Positions 17,229-25,819 of a stretch of 64,000 nucleotides of DNA are shown in pieces. Position 1 is the stretch's first letter. Every line of letters begins with the position of its first letter. The notes under the pieces are model-generated. The model worked only from the letters and a program-made list of their open reading frames with translations. It ran no database searches and had not been told where the DNA came from. Both the position numbers and the translations under genes were made by a program. The stretch lies in the IMG/VR virus record IMGVR_UViG_3300010334_000023, positions 152,499 to 216,498 of that record; one strand, 5' to 3'.

Positions 17229-18422
17229 TTAGATGCTAGGGATGAGATCGCTGTAACGCTTGCAGAACTCTACCCAGTTCTTCAGCTTTGGCGCCTGCAG
17301 AGGCAGCTTGTAGGTACCCATGATGGTCTTGGCACCCATCACAGCCAGCTCGTCTTCAAAGTTGTCCATGATGAAGCGGAAGAACGTGTCTACCTTGGCT
17401 TGGAAGGCGTCATTCTTCTTGTTGTCTTCCTTGACACCTTTGCTGGCATCAGTGAGCTCGTAGCACAGCGCAGTGGTCAACGCATACATCACGTCGATCT
17501 GCTTGGTGTTGAGCTTGGTGACCTTGCCTTCCAAGATGTCCTTGGCATTGGGCAAGTTAGCAGCCTGCTTGCGATAGGTCATGAACTTGATTCCGGGACC
17601 TTCGCCCACTGTGCCCTTGATGAGATCACCCAGAGACTCGTCTGTCAAGCGCACGTCTACCATGTCGCCGTCCTTGTTAGGCTCCTGCAGCAGCTCGCTA
17701 GCAAAGAACCATGAACGAGGCGTGGCGAACGCATAGCTGTCCGCGCTGGGTTGGAAGTTCATCAAGTCGTTGGGCTGGAAGCTGAGATAACCAACCACGT
17801 CCTTGTGCACGCGGTTCAGCAGAGCCCATTCTTTCCAGTCGTCAATGCTGACATCCAAAGTTACGTGCGTGAAGCGGTTAGCCAGAGGCATGGGCATGTT
17901 GTAGGCCACGCCCTTGTCCTTGACACGGTTGCCTGCGGCAACGATCACCACATCCTTGGGCAGCTCGTAGGTACCAATCTTGCGATTGAGGATCACCTGA
18001 TAGGTAGCTGCCTGCACGCTGGGAGGCGCTGCGCTCATCTCGTCAAAGAACACCAATGCGCGGCTGTTGGGGTCTGTGGGCAAATCGCTGGGATTGCTCC
18101 ACTTAAAGACCTTCTCTGTCAGCGGCACGTTGGCTTCGTCGCGCACCAAGTTTCCTTGTGCGTCGTATACCTTGACCTCAGCGAGATAAGGGATACCGCG
18201 CACGTCTGTGGGCTCCATCAGAGGCAGTCGGATGTCGATAAGTGGGCGATTCTGTTCGCGTGCTACCTCAGCAACGATATCAGATTTGCCAATGCCCGGT
18301 GGACCCCAAACGAAGATAGGACGCTTGCGGTTGATGCTGTGGGTCAGCGCAGTCTTGAGGCGTGATGGGGAAATGCCAGTGTTTTCCAGCATGCGAGTCT
18401 TGGTAGCAGAAGCGTTAGCCAT
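17229..18422 (-). CDS. MoxR-like AAA+ ATPase
   Basis: WGPPGIGKS Walker A; FFDE Walker B; AAGNR; PLANRF. Start 18422 has a GGAGA SD. Confidence 0.9.
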   Translation of the reverse strand: MANASATKTRMLENTGISPSRLKTALTHSINRKRPIFVWGPPGIGKSDIVAEVAREQNRPLIDIRLPLMEPTDVRGIPYLAEVKVYDAQGNLVRDEANVPLTEKVFKWSNPSDLPTDPNSRALVFFDEMSAAPPSVQAATYQVILNRKIGTYELPKDVVIVAAGNRVKDKGVAYNMPMPLANRFTHVTLDVSIDDWKEWALLNRVHKDVVGYLSFQPNDLMNFQPSADSYAFATPRSWFFASELLQEPNKDGDMVDVRLTDESLGDLIKGTVGEGPGIKFMTYRKQAANLPNAKDILEGKVTKLNTKQIDVMYALTTALCYELTDASKGVKEDNKKNDAFQAKVDTFFRFIMDNFEDELAVMGAKTIMGTYKLPLQAPKLKNWVEFCKRYSDLIPSI

Positions 18423-18450
18423 TGTATGTGGTCTCCGTTGTTGTGATCTT

Positions 18451-18478
18451 ACACTAGCATGTTTTGTATACCTGTCAA
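18451..18478 (-). promoter_or_regulatory. Sigma70-like promoter TTGACA-N16-TAGTGT with extended TG
   Basis: Intergenic, upstream of the MoxR gene. Confidence 0.6.
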
Positions 18479-18487
18479 CCAGAAAAA

Positions 18488-18763
18488 TCAAGAGCTCCAG
18501 TAGCTCTCGCTTCTGGGACTGGCATGATAGGGAGTGTCGTAACGTTCGTGGAATTCCCTGCCAGTGATGATGTTCTTGCGCATCACCATGGTCTCATGTA
18601 TCTCAAAGCTGAAGCCCTGGGCCGAGGGATAGAGATGCAGCAGCTCGCGCACTTCGCGCGTCATTGCCGCGAGATCGGGCCTATCGTAGTCATACTTGCC
18701 GCAGAGCCGCTTTCCGCTCTTTTGGCGCTTGTCGACCTTCCAGATTTCCATGGTGTAAAGCAT
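18488..18763 (-). CDS. Hypothetical protein
   Basis: 91 aa; GGAG SD; has its own promoter. Confidence 0.75.
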   Translation of the reverse strand: MLYTMEIWKVDKRQKSGKRLCGKYDYDRPDLAAMTREVRELLHLYPSAQGFSFEIHETMVMRKNIITGREFHERYDTPYHASPRSESYWSS

Positions 18764-18788
18764 ATGCCTGCTCCCTGTTATCTATGCT

Positions 18789-18816
18789 ACATTAGCATGT
18801 ATCTAGGGACTGTCAA
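18789..18816 (-). promoter_or_regulatory. Sigma70-like promoter TTGACA-N16-TAATGT with extended TG
   Basis: Upstream of 18763. Confidence 0.6.
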
Positions 18817-19213
18817 CCGGTATTTTTGCCTTTGATTTCAAGTAGCTAAGCGTCATGCTGACAGCAAAAATAGCTTGAAAATAACGTTTTCCTGTGGCCA
18901 TTGCCCAGCATTCTCTGGTGTATCTGTCCGCAGTTTCTGCTAGTATCTCGTCCAATTTAGCAGCCCAATATTCGCGGACTGCACAGCCTGTGGCAATGTC
19001 ATCTGCTGTGATCTTGCTGAGATCGCGCTGTTCTATCACGCGCCCAAGCACGTCGCCGTAGAGCTCATCAGAGTGAGGAACATCTATGGTAGTCCTATAC
19101 AGATGAGCTGCCCAACCCCAGTCACGATCACTGCTCAACTGGAACCTCGTGATCCATCCACTGTGCGCAGAAGGCTTCGGTATAGATTGGCTTCTCAGCT
19201 GGGCCAAATCCAA
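18803..19213 (-). CDS. Hypothetical protein (start uncertain)
   Basis: ORF fills the gap. The listed TTG start overlaps the upstream gene by about 85 nt, so the true start is likely near 19138. Confidence 0.5.
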   Translation of the reverse strand: MDLAQLRSQSIPKPSAHSGWITRFQLSSDRDWGWAAHLYRTTIDVPHSDELYGDVLGRVIEQRDLSKITADDIATGCAVREYWAAKLDEILAETADRYTRECWAMATGKRYFQAIFAVSMTLSYLKSKAKIPVDSP

Positions 19214-19319
19214 ACCTTGACCTAAAGCTGTCTCGGAATGCTGACCAGAGATCTGGATTGACCACGTAGCAGGGATTGTCGCTTGGTAACGCAGGGCTCT
19301 GTGTGTGTTTCCATTTCAT
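19128..19319 (-). CDS. Hypothetical protein, probably leaderless
   Basis: ATG lies 6 nt downstream of the -10 box TATTGT. Confidence 0.6.
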   Translation of the reverse strand: MKWKHTQSPALPSDNPCYVVNPDLWSAFRDSFRSRFGFGPAEKPIYTEAFCAQWMDHEVPVEQ

Positions 19320-19325
19320 AGTCAC

Positions 19326-19353
19326 ACAATAACAGATTATCTGAGACTGTCAA
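19326..19353 (-). promoter_or_regulatory. Sigma70-like promoter TTGACA-N16-TATTGT with extended TG
   Basis: Directly upstream of ATG 19319. Confidence 0.6.
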
Positions 19354-19769
19354 GCGTGTTTTTTGAAGTTCACGAACTGTTGTGCGCTGCCATCCACCAT
19401 CTGTAGCTCAAAGTGTAACATTGGCTCAAACACTATCAGGCTCTTGCCTCGCACCGCCCATGGTCCTCGCAGAGCATCTTCTAAGCCCAGCAGCACTCGT
19501 CCTGTCATGATGTTGTTGTCGTCGCTGTTGGCCACGTAGCTGTTGTATCTCTCTCCAAGCAGCTTGAGACCAGCTGACGTGAGCCGCCATCCTTGATTAA
19601 CAAACAGTGCTTTTCGCAGCCTGGCTATAGCATGGTCAGTCAAGGGATCTTCCGGATCGATGAGCCTGGCTTGATAGCAGATATCGATGCCGTGTTTGGT
19701 CAACCAAACATAGGGACCCTGAGGTCCGAGATCGCGGAGATCACCATGGGGCCAATCTGTCTTTTCCAC
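19350..19769 (-). CDS. Hypothetical protein
   Basis: 139 aa; GTG 4 nt after TAAATA. Confidence 0.7.
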   Translation of the reverse strand: MEKTDWPHGDLRDLGPQGPYVWLTKHGIDICYQARLIDPEDPLTDHAIARLRKALFVNQGWRLTSAGLKLLGERYNSYVANSDDNNIMTGRVLLGLEDALRGPWAVRGKSLIVFEPMLHFELQMVDGSAQQFVNFKKHA

Positions 19770-19773
19770 CCAT

Positions 19774-19779
19774 TATTTA
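19774..19779 (-). promoter_or_regulatory. Late promoter motif TAAATA
   Basis: In a 16-nt intergenic gap. Confidence 0.5.
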
Positions 19780-19785
19780 ATGGGA

Positions 19786-20007
19786 TTAGAACCTGCCGCC
19801 GTCCTGTTTTACCTCAGCAGTGAGGATCTGCTGCTGTAGATCGATGATCTTTTGGTTCATCTCGTTCTCACGCGACAGCATCACAGCAATGCTTGCGCTG
19901 AGGAGATCAGCTTCGTGCATGGTCAACCGGATCTCTCTGCTGTTGCTGATCTTGGCTACTCTGTGCTTTTCAAGGAAAGATCTAACTTGGTTCTTTTCGT
20001 CCGTCAT
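19786..20007 (-). CDS. Hypothetical protein
   Basis: 73 aa, ATGA-coupled. Confidence 0.75.
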   Translation of the reverse strand: MTDEKNQVRSFLEKHRVAKISNSREIRLTMHEADLLSASIAVMLSRENEMNQKIIDLQQQILTAEVKQDGGRF

Positions 20008-20483
20008 GCTTTGCTGATCCTTTTCTTTTGGCTCATGGCATTCTGCATCTCCAGCTTGGTGCGGAACGGGCCTATGAACTCATTCTCTTCCAAGGTCTGT
20101 GTGCGCGGGCAGTAGCTGCCAGTCCAGCCATGTTCAAAATCCAACGCATAGTATCCCGCAGCGAATCTGGCCTTGCCCTTGGCGGTCTTAGCATAGGTAA
20201 CTATAGCACCTTCTTCCACATCAAACACTGCCTTGTGCTTGATTGGATAGCCGTTGATCTGGCCAATCTCATCGTCCTTGTCGTCATCAGTTTCACGTGC
20301 TTCTATCTGCAGGTTACCACCTAGAAAAGCAGTTAGCTCGTCGGCGTCTGCGAACAGCTTGCGATCAAACGGACCAATGACCTTGAAGCCTTCCACAGTT
20401 ACAGTGACCAACCCAGCATTGCTGCCATCCTTTTCAAGGATGTAGCTGGCTTCCGTGATTTCCTTTAGCTTGTAGCTGCTCAT
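20004..20483 (-). CDS. Hypothetical protein
   Basis: 159 aa, ATGA-coupled to the RNase H gene. Confidence 0.8.
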   Translation of the reverse strand: MSSYKLKEITEASYILEKDGSNAGLVTVTVEGFKVIGPFDRKLFADADELTAFLGGNLQIEARETDDDKDDEIGQINGYPIKHKAVFDVEEGAIVTYAKTAKGKARFAAGYYALDFEHGWTGSYCPRTQTLEENEFIGPFRTKLEMQNAMSQKKRISKA

Positions 20484-21469
20484 GCTGTTTCCATCCTCAG
20501 TTGCCCATCGTATTGTGCACTGAAACAGGGTGCGAAGTCATTCACGTTCTTTTCGATCCTGACCAAGCCGTTGATGTTGCAGTAGCGCATGAGGGCCAGT
20601 CCGATCTGCTTCTTGACTGATTGGTTGACTTCGTCGATGATCAGCCTGTCAAACTTGTCTATGAGATCCAACGGCTGTTGAGTTAGGTCGATCAACATGC
20701 GATTTCTCTCGTAGTCGTCCCGCACTCTGTGTTCTACATTCTCGTGATCTAACCACTTGCTAAGCATGAGGTTATTCCACGCATATCCGCGATTATGTCG
20801 GTCTTCGTAGGCAGCTTCTAGCTTGGTCTTGCGCACACCTGGGAACGCACTCATCACGTTGTCGCTGTCATCCCCGCGCATGCACTTTTCAAACAGTATC
20901 CATTCTGGATTTGGCACAGGCATTGGCTTGCCTTGCTTGTTGATTGCCAGCTTGCCATCTTGATCATAGATGCCTGTGTGAGTGTATAGCAGGCTAGCTA
21001 TGCCATTGTATAGTATGACATTTTCTGCGATCAGCTGCTGGAAATCACTGTCGCTGCTGATGATCACGTGCTTGTCATCTGGATGCAGCTGTATCCAGCG
21101 TGCGATCATGTCGTCTGCTTCAGCGTTTGGATGGCGCAGCACCGTGCAGTTGGTCTTGTTCTTGATGAATTCCACGAATCCATCCATGCTTTCGAAAAAC
21201 AGCTGGTCTTCTTCGATTTCTCGTTCTGTGCGTTTGGCAGCTGCTACCTTGCGGTTTGCCTTGTATGGCGTATACACATCCTTGCGCCAGCTTCGTCCTT
21301 CCAAGCAGAAAACGGTATGGCTGCCACTGAATTCTGTCCATACCTTCTTGATGCTGTTGAATATTATGTGCTGCGCCATGCCCAACTGAAGTTCAGTGCT
21401 AGGAGCTCTCACACCATGGCGCACTCTCATGAATAGGTTCTGAGTATCAATTATTAGATAAGTTGCCAT
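20480..21469 (-). CDS. rnh: T4 RNase H-like 5'-3' exonuclease (FEN family)
   Basis: LIIDTQN; WRKDVYTPYKANR; EADDMIA; IISSDSDFQQL; GDDSDNV. GGAGG SD before ATG 21469. Confidence 0.85.
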   Translation of the reverse strand: MATYLIIDTQNLFMRVRHGVRAPSTELQLGMAQHIIFNSIKKVWTEFSGSHTVFCLEGRSWRKDVYTPYKANRKVAAAKRTEREIEEDQLFFESMDGFVEFIKNKTNCTVLRHPNAEADDMIARWIQLHPDDKHVIISSDSDFQQLIAENVILYNGIASLLYTHTGIYDQDGKLAINKQGKPMPVPNPEWILFEKCMRGDDSDNVMSAFPGVRKTKLEAAYEDRHNRGYAWNNLMLSKWLDHENVEHRVRDDYERNRMLIDLTQQPLDLIDKFDRLIIDEVNQSVKKQIGLALMRYCNINGLVRIEKNVNDFAPCFSAQYDGQLRMETA

Positions 21470-21485
21470 GCTCGCCTCCATCCTG

Positions 21486-21513
21486 AGTATAGCACAGCTG
21501 CGATCTATGTCAA
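21486..21513 (-). promoter_or_regulatory. Sigma70-like promoter TTGACA-N16-TATACT with extended TG
   Basis: Upstream of the RNase H gene. Confidence 0.65.
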
Positions 21514-21516
21514 CTG

Positions 21517-22098
21517 TTAGTTCTTGCGCCAGTACCAACCATCGTTGGCAACCATGCGCACCTGCTTGCTGGGTATACCCTGGGCTTTGGCCCAGCTGGT
21601 AACTGCGAAATTAACTGAAAACAGGTTAGCATCATGTCCAGCGACCAATCCGCCTGGGCGCACTTTTGGTACCCAGCTGTCCAAATCGGTTAGAACCTGC
21701 TTCATGCTGTGACCACCATCTATGAACACGAAATCATATGCTTGGTCTTCCAGCAGTGCTGCGGCTTTTTGGCTGTCTTCGCGTATGAAGTTGAACCTGT
21801 CGCCCATCAGAGGTAGGTTGGCCTGCAGTATGGCATAGTTGGCTTCTGCTTCCATCCTGCTCACTGGTTTGTCCCAGTCGTGATAGGGTGCGTAATGATC
21901 AATGCCTGTCAGCATGGCTATGTTTGGACATTCGTTGAGCATGAACCAGCTGTTGATACCAAGACCCACACCTATCTCGATGCCTATAGCAGGATAGGGC
22001 ATGCTCTTTAGCTCGTCCAGGATGCCTCTGCTGGCCTGCTGCCTATAGATGCGAGGCCAATCCGGGCTGTCAAACAGTGTTGTAAGTGTCTGGTTCAC
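21517..22098 (-). CDS. Class I SAM-dependent methyltransferase (Methyltransf_24-like)
   Basis: IEIGVGLG; GIDHY; YDFVFIDGGHS; VRPGGLVAGHD. Confidence 0.85.
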   Translation of the reverse strand: MNQTLTTLFDSPDWPRIYRQQASRGILDELKSMPYPAIGIEIGVGLGINSWFMLNECPNIAMLTGIDHYAPYHDWDKPVSRMEAEANYAILQANLPLMGDRFNFIREDSQKAAALLEDQAYDFVFIDGGHSMKQVLTDLDSWVPKVRPGGLVAGHDANLFSVNFAVTSWAKAQGIPSKQVRMVANDGWYWRKN

Positions 22099-22102
22099 CC
22101 TG

Positions 22103-22109
22103 TATTTAT
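22103..22109 (-). promoter_or_regulatory. Late promoter motif ATAAATA
   Basis: 4 nt before GTG 22098. Confidence 0.55.
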
Positions 22110-22113
22110 GGTA

Positions 22114-22707
22114 TTAGCTATGCTCGGTCTTACCATCCTCTCGCCGAATGCGACGAACATTGCTGACAAACTCTGGATCAGTGGGGGCCATCTCTGCTAG
22201 TATGCTGTTACAGACATCGTTTAGCCAGCGGTTGATCACGTCCTCGTCGCTGCCCTGATAGTTATTAGCTCGCAGAGACTGCACGAATGCATCGTTGTAA
22301 TCTAGCTCAAAGAAGGTCTTGCTGGGATCAACCGGGTCCCAGCTGATCTTGGGCATGGCCATGTAGGGTTCGTTCTTGATGTCTGCGGCCTTGCGTTCGT
22401 GTTCTGGTGCGCTTATGCGATTGTGCTTGAGTTCCACATCCAGCTTGGCCAGTGCCAACGCAGTCTCGTCAGAGTTGTCTAGTTCTGCCAATCTGCTATC
22501 GCGATCATAGGCGCTGATCTTGCCGTAAGCCAGATCGATGTCCAACACGCTCTTGGTAAAGGCCGGGCTATCTAGCCCGTGGCCGATCCGGGCCTTGGCA
22601 ATGTCTAGATCATAGCCTGTGAGATAGTATTCAGCTTCTGCCAGTTCTCGGCTCTTGCCTTTTAGTCCCCAGGCAGCTGGTAACCAACCAAACGGTATCT
22701 TGCTCAT
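22114..22707 (-). CDS. Hypothetical protein
   Basis: 197 aa from ATG 22707, 2 nt after the queE stop. Confidence 0.75.
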   Translation of the reverse strand: MSKIPFGWLPAAWGLKGKSRELAEAEYYLTGYDLDIAKARIGHGLDSPAFTKSVLDIDLAYGKISAYDRDSRLAELDNSDETALALAKLDVELKHNRISAPEHERKAADIKNEPYMAMPKISWDPVDPSKTFFELDYNDAFVQSLRANNYQGSDEDVINRWLNDVCNSILAEMAPTDPEFVSNVRRIRREDGKTEHS

Positions 22708-22709
22708 GC

Positions 22710-23621
22710 TTATCTTCCTATCACGTTGCTGAAGATCCAGCAGTGTATGCGAGCTGCTACGTTGTAGCCGCGCTTGAGCGCTTCTTCCGTGACCCACATC
22801 TGCACGTCTTCCTGTTCTTCTCGAGTAGCCCCCACAGGCATGACCCACACTGGCCAGTTCACGTCTGCTGCGCGGAAAGCATCAACTGCTCGCTCTAGTT
22901 CATCCCAGGTCAGTGGATTCTTGTCAAGCACGAACTTCAGCTGTCCGTGATTGCTGATCAGCCTGTATTCGCGCACGATCTCTGGCTTGATAGCATCTGT
23001 CCAGCTCTCGCCTGAAGTGCCCAGCTTGGGGCTCACGCTCCAGAACAGCTCGCCATTGTACATGCCGCGATTGTTAAAGAACTCATCAAAGTTCTTGCGC
23101 ACAGCCTGCGTGCCGTTGGTCTCTATGGTGATGTGGCGAGGCATGTCCATCTGCATGCGAAGCGTCTGCATGATGTCCACGATGCCTGTCTGGCTCATCA
23201 TGGGTTCGCCGCCGGTGAATGCTAGATGCACGTCCTGTCCGCTGCGAGGATGCACAAATGATCCTCCCTGCAGCCTGCTGCGAAAATCTGCGCAGATCTC
23301 TTCTGCTGTGCTCTGATGTGCCAGATGGCCATACTTGGTGCTCCAGCTGTAGCTGCTATCGCAGCCAGTTGTCCACACCGGCAGATCATCCATCTTGGTG
23401 ATGCCGTTGGCCTGAGGGTCGTATTCCTGATAATCTAGCTTGTAGGTGCTGCGATCTCTGGGATTAGCCTGTCCAAATCCGTCACAGTTGAAGTTGCAGC
23501 CCCAGAAGCGTATCCAAACTGTGGGATGACCAGCATACCTGCCTTCGCCCTGTATGGTAGGAGTAGGACCAGCGTTGCCTCCAAAGGTCTCGCTGTAACG
23601 GTACTTCTTGGCAGTGCTCAT
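22710..23621 (-). CDS. queE: 7-carboxy-7-deazaguanine synthase (radical SAM)
   Basis: TIQGEGRYAGHPTVWIRFWGCNFNC...GCDS; FTGGEP; IETNGT; SVSPKL; LKFV; VMPVG; RIH; near queD and folE. Confidence 0.9.
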   Translation of the reverse strand: MSTAKKYRYSETFGGNAGPTPTIQGEGRYAGHPTVWIRFWGCNFNCDGFGQANPRDRSTYKLDYQEYDPQANGITKMDDLPVWTTGCDSSYSWSTKYGHLAHQSTAEEICADFRSRLQGGSFVHPRSGQDVHLAFTGGEPMMSQTGIVDIMQTLRMQMDMPRHITIETNGTQAVRKNFDEFFNNRGMYNGELFWSVSPKLGTSGESWTDAIKPEIVREYRLISNHGQLKFVLDKNPLTWDELERAVDAFRAADVNWPVWVMPVGATREEQEDVQMWVTEEALKRGYNVAARIHCWIFSNVIGR

Positions 23622-23839
23622 GGTTGCTCCTTGCTCAGCTTATAGATCATTATAGCTTGATCCAGCACTTCGCGCAAGGCTGGATTATCTTTGGCTGCGT
23701 GCTTCATGTCATGCCATAGATATAGGTTTTGATAGTAGGGATCTGAAGGATCGCGCTTGACTAGCCAGCGATCCATGTGTCCAAGCTCCCTGGCATACAC
23801 AGTCTTACCATCATCTGGGCTTTCAAAGATCAGCGGCAT
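23618..23839 (-). CDS. Hypothetical protein
   Basis: 73 aa, ATGA-coupled to queE. Confidence 0.75.
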   Translation of the reverse strand: MPLIFESPDDGKTVYARELGHMDRWLVKRDPSDPYYQNLYLWHDMKHAAKDNPALREVLDQAIMIYKLSKEQP

Positions 23840-24033
23840 CAGGGGCCCGCGGGAGCTTCTGGTTCAACTTTGCGCACTATCACATGGCCAGTGGTCTCGT
23901 CTGTTTCCCAGTTGATGGTATCGCCTTCCTTCCAACCAAGCTCTGCCATGAGGTCTTCTGGAAACTGCAGGAACAGCTCACCGTTTTCGTCCTGCTGCAC
24001 GTCAACGACCATGCTGCGTTTGGTATCAGTCAT
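23839..24033 (-). CDS. AbrB/SpoVT-like small DNA-binding protein
   Basis: GELFLQFPEDLMAELGWKEGDTINW pattern; start reassigned to 24033. Confidence 0.6.
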   Translation of the reverse strand: MTDTKRSMVVDVQQDENGELFLQFPEDLMAELGWKEGDTINWETDETTGHVIVRKVEPEAPAGP

Positions 24034-24259
24034 TCTTTTCTCCAATGCCCAGTGTTGCAGGCGAATGATCCAGGTATGGTTCGCCATTCTTGCTAGTGTA
24101 GAAATACGCATCCTCATCGTTGATGGTAACCATGAGATCGCTGTGATAGATGTCGTAGTCTGTGAACATGCCGTCTGGCTCATAGACTCTGAACACCATT
24201 GATCCACCTATGGGCAGCAGCACACCTGACATACCGTTGGCATTCTGTGGTTTGGTCAT
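24026..24259 (-). CDS. Hypothetical protein
   Basis: 77 aa, TGATG-coupled. Confidence 0.7.
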   Translation of the reverse strand: MTKPQNANGMSGVLLPIGGSMVFRVYEPDGMFTDYDIYHSDLMVTINDEDAYFYTSKNGEPYLDHSPATLGIGEKND

Positions 24260-24849
24260 CAGTCATCCTTGCTCAGCGCACGCCATACCTTGGCCTGTTC
24301 GCGCATGCTTTCGTACTCTTGTTCCATGTGTTGGAGCTTGTGCAGCGTGACATCCATGATGGTCTGGATAGCAGCATCCACAGCATCGTCGTAGTCATCA
24401 CCCAGCTTGCGCATTGGTTCGTAATCACGTTCCAAGTTGCGATCCCGCTTCATGATGCCCATGAGACGTTCCAAGCGTTCCAAGCGTGCGAACAGTCCGT
24501 CGTCGCTATTCGTGGCACCACCTTGGAAGATGTCACCGTTGGCACTGATGCTTATGGTCTCGCGACCACCAATGGTGGTCCAAGTGTTAGTGCCTCCCGT
24601 GTTAGTCGTTAGCACTTGGTTAGGGTAGCCTGTTCCAACGCCACCGCCTCCACCTGTCACGGTTATGTAGGGTGTTGTCGCACTGGTATAACCGGTACCT
24701 GCGGACGCCATGGTTATGGAACTGATACCACCATGCGCACCGAGGTGTGCGATAGTAGATTTTGTACCAGTGCCGGTGTAGGTAATAGATGTAAATCCAC
24801 CATTGTTAACCACGGTACCGTTAGCGAGAGTGGCAGTTGTTGTGGTCAT
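24259..24849 (-). CDS. Hypothetical protein with Thr/Gly-rich N-terminus and helical C-terminus
   Basis: MTTTTATL...ITMASAGTGYTSATTPYITVTGGGGG...; C-terminal coiled-coil-like. Confidence 0.7.
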   Translation of the reverse strand: MTTTTATLANGTVVNNGGFTSITYTGTGTKSTIAHLGAHGGISSITMASAGTGYTSATTPYITVTGGGGGVGTGYPNQVLTTNTGGTNTWTTIGGRETISISANGDIFQGGATNSDDGLFARLERLERLMGIMKRDRNLERDYEPMRKLGDDYDDAVDAAIQTIMDVTLHKLQHMEQEYESMREQAKVWRALSKDD

Positions 24850-24851
24850 GA

Positions 24852-25145
24852 TCAGCGCCTCAGACTATGCTGCATGATGATGCTGGTCAGCTCTGGACCG
24901 AGCTCGGTATCATCATGTACTATATATAGATCGCGTTCATGTTCACCCCTGCGTTCGTCCCAGTGGCTGATCTCTATGACCCTACCGCCGTGCGCAGCAT
25001 GTATGCGTATGGTAGCTGCTCCTCGCGTGTCCAGTTCATGAGGGGATCGCATTGGCTTAGCAGTTGTAGATATGACATTGTATTCATGGACCGACTCCCA
25101 GGCTTTCTTGGCTTGCCGTTGGAACCATCTGTCAAACCATTTCAT
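24852..25145 (-). CDS. Hypothetical protein
   Basis: 97 aa with an AGGTG SD. Confidence 0.75.
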   Translation of the reverse strand: MKWFDRWFQRQAKKAWESVHEYNVISTTAKPMRSPHELDTRGAATIRIHAAHGGRVIEISHWDERRGEHERDLYIVHDDTELGPELTSIIMQHSLRR

Positions 25146-25246
25146 TTGGTCACCTTTTTTTTGATATCGTGTATCCGGGGTGGATCATTGCTGCTGCGTC
25201 GCATGATCAAACATAGCTATCATGTTTTGAAAATCTGTTTCAGTGT

Positions 25247-25741
25247 TCATATCAGTTCCTCGTTCCACTCCCTGTGTCCTTCTCTAAAGGCCATGTTAGC
25301 TTGCGTTTCGCGCACTTCTACGCGATAGCACCATAGGCGTTCTGACTCGCCTTGGCCCCAGAGATCTGGGATGTATACACTGTTAATATAATTGTATAAC
25401 ATGTCAGCTAGGCCTTCGCAACCAAGCCGGGGTAGGATAGTGAGCTTGGCTAGACGCTTGCTTTGTAGCAACTTAAACGTTTCCAGTTCCGGATCATCTT
25501 CTGCTACCAGCAGCGTGTGATCAAACTGGTCTTCCAGGGTCTTCTTGAGTTCCTTGAGACCGCCATAGTCAGCTGCCCAGTTGCGCACATCCAGATCGTT
25601 GGTGCCAAAGTAGAACTTCATGCTGAACGCATAGCCGTGGATCATGTTGCAGTGGCTGTCAGCACGCCACTGGCGATATGCGCAGGGAAATGCATCCACG
25701 TATTCCTTGGTGCTGGTGTACTTGTAGGTGATTGGTGTCAT
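25247..25741 (-). CDS. queD: 6-carboxy-5,6,7,8-tetrahydropterin synthase
   Basis: SHCNMIHGY (CxxxHG); FDHTLL; CEGLA; VRET; AGGAG SD. Confidence 0.85.
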   Translation of the reverse strand: MTPITYKYTSTKEYVDAFPCAYRQWRADSHCNMIHGYAFSMKFYFGTNDLDVRNWAADYGGLKELKKTLEDQFDHTLLVAEDDPELETFKLLQSKRLAKLTILPRLGCEGLADMLYNYINSVYIPDLWGQGESERLWCYRVEVRETQANMAFREGHREWNEELI

Positions 25742-25819
25742 GTTTGTGCTCCTATGTTGTTATACCATAGGCTGCAGAATTTGTATAGCGGGAATGAAGC
25801 CAAGCGCCGCTTGTCATAC
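25742..25819 (-). ncRNA. Candidate cis-regulatory RNA (preQ1-I-like pseudoknot plus SD-occluding hairpin) in the queD leader
   Basis: mRNA: AGCGG-cgcuuggcuucauuc-CCGCU-AUACAAA-uucugc-AGCC/CCUAUG-guauaacaa-CAUAGG-AG. P1 is 5 bp; loop GGCU can pair with AGCC. No covariation test was possible. Confidence 0.4.

Noticed and set aside
17226-17231. Additional TAAATA site
   Set aside because: Coincides with the MoxR stop codon, and the downstream gene already has a sigma70-like promoter; may be chance.
25146-25246. 100-nt gap after queD with a GATCAT...ATGATC inverted repeat and a 21-codon ORF
   Set aside because: The stem is weak and imperfect and the ORF has no clear SD; insufficient support for an RNA or peptide.
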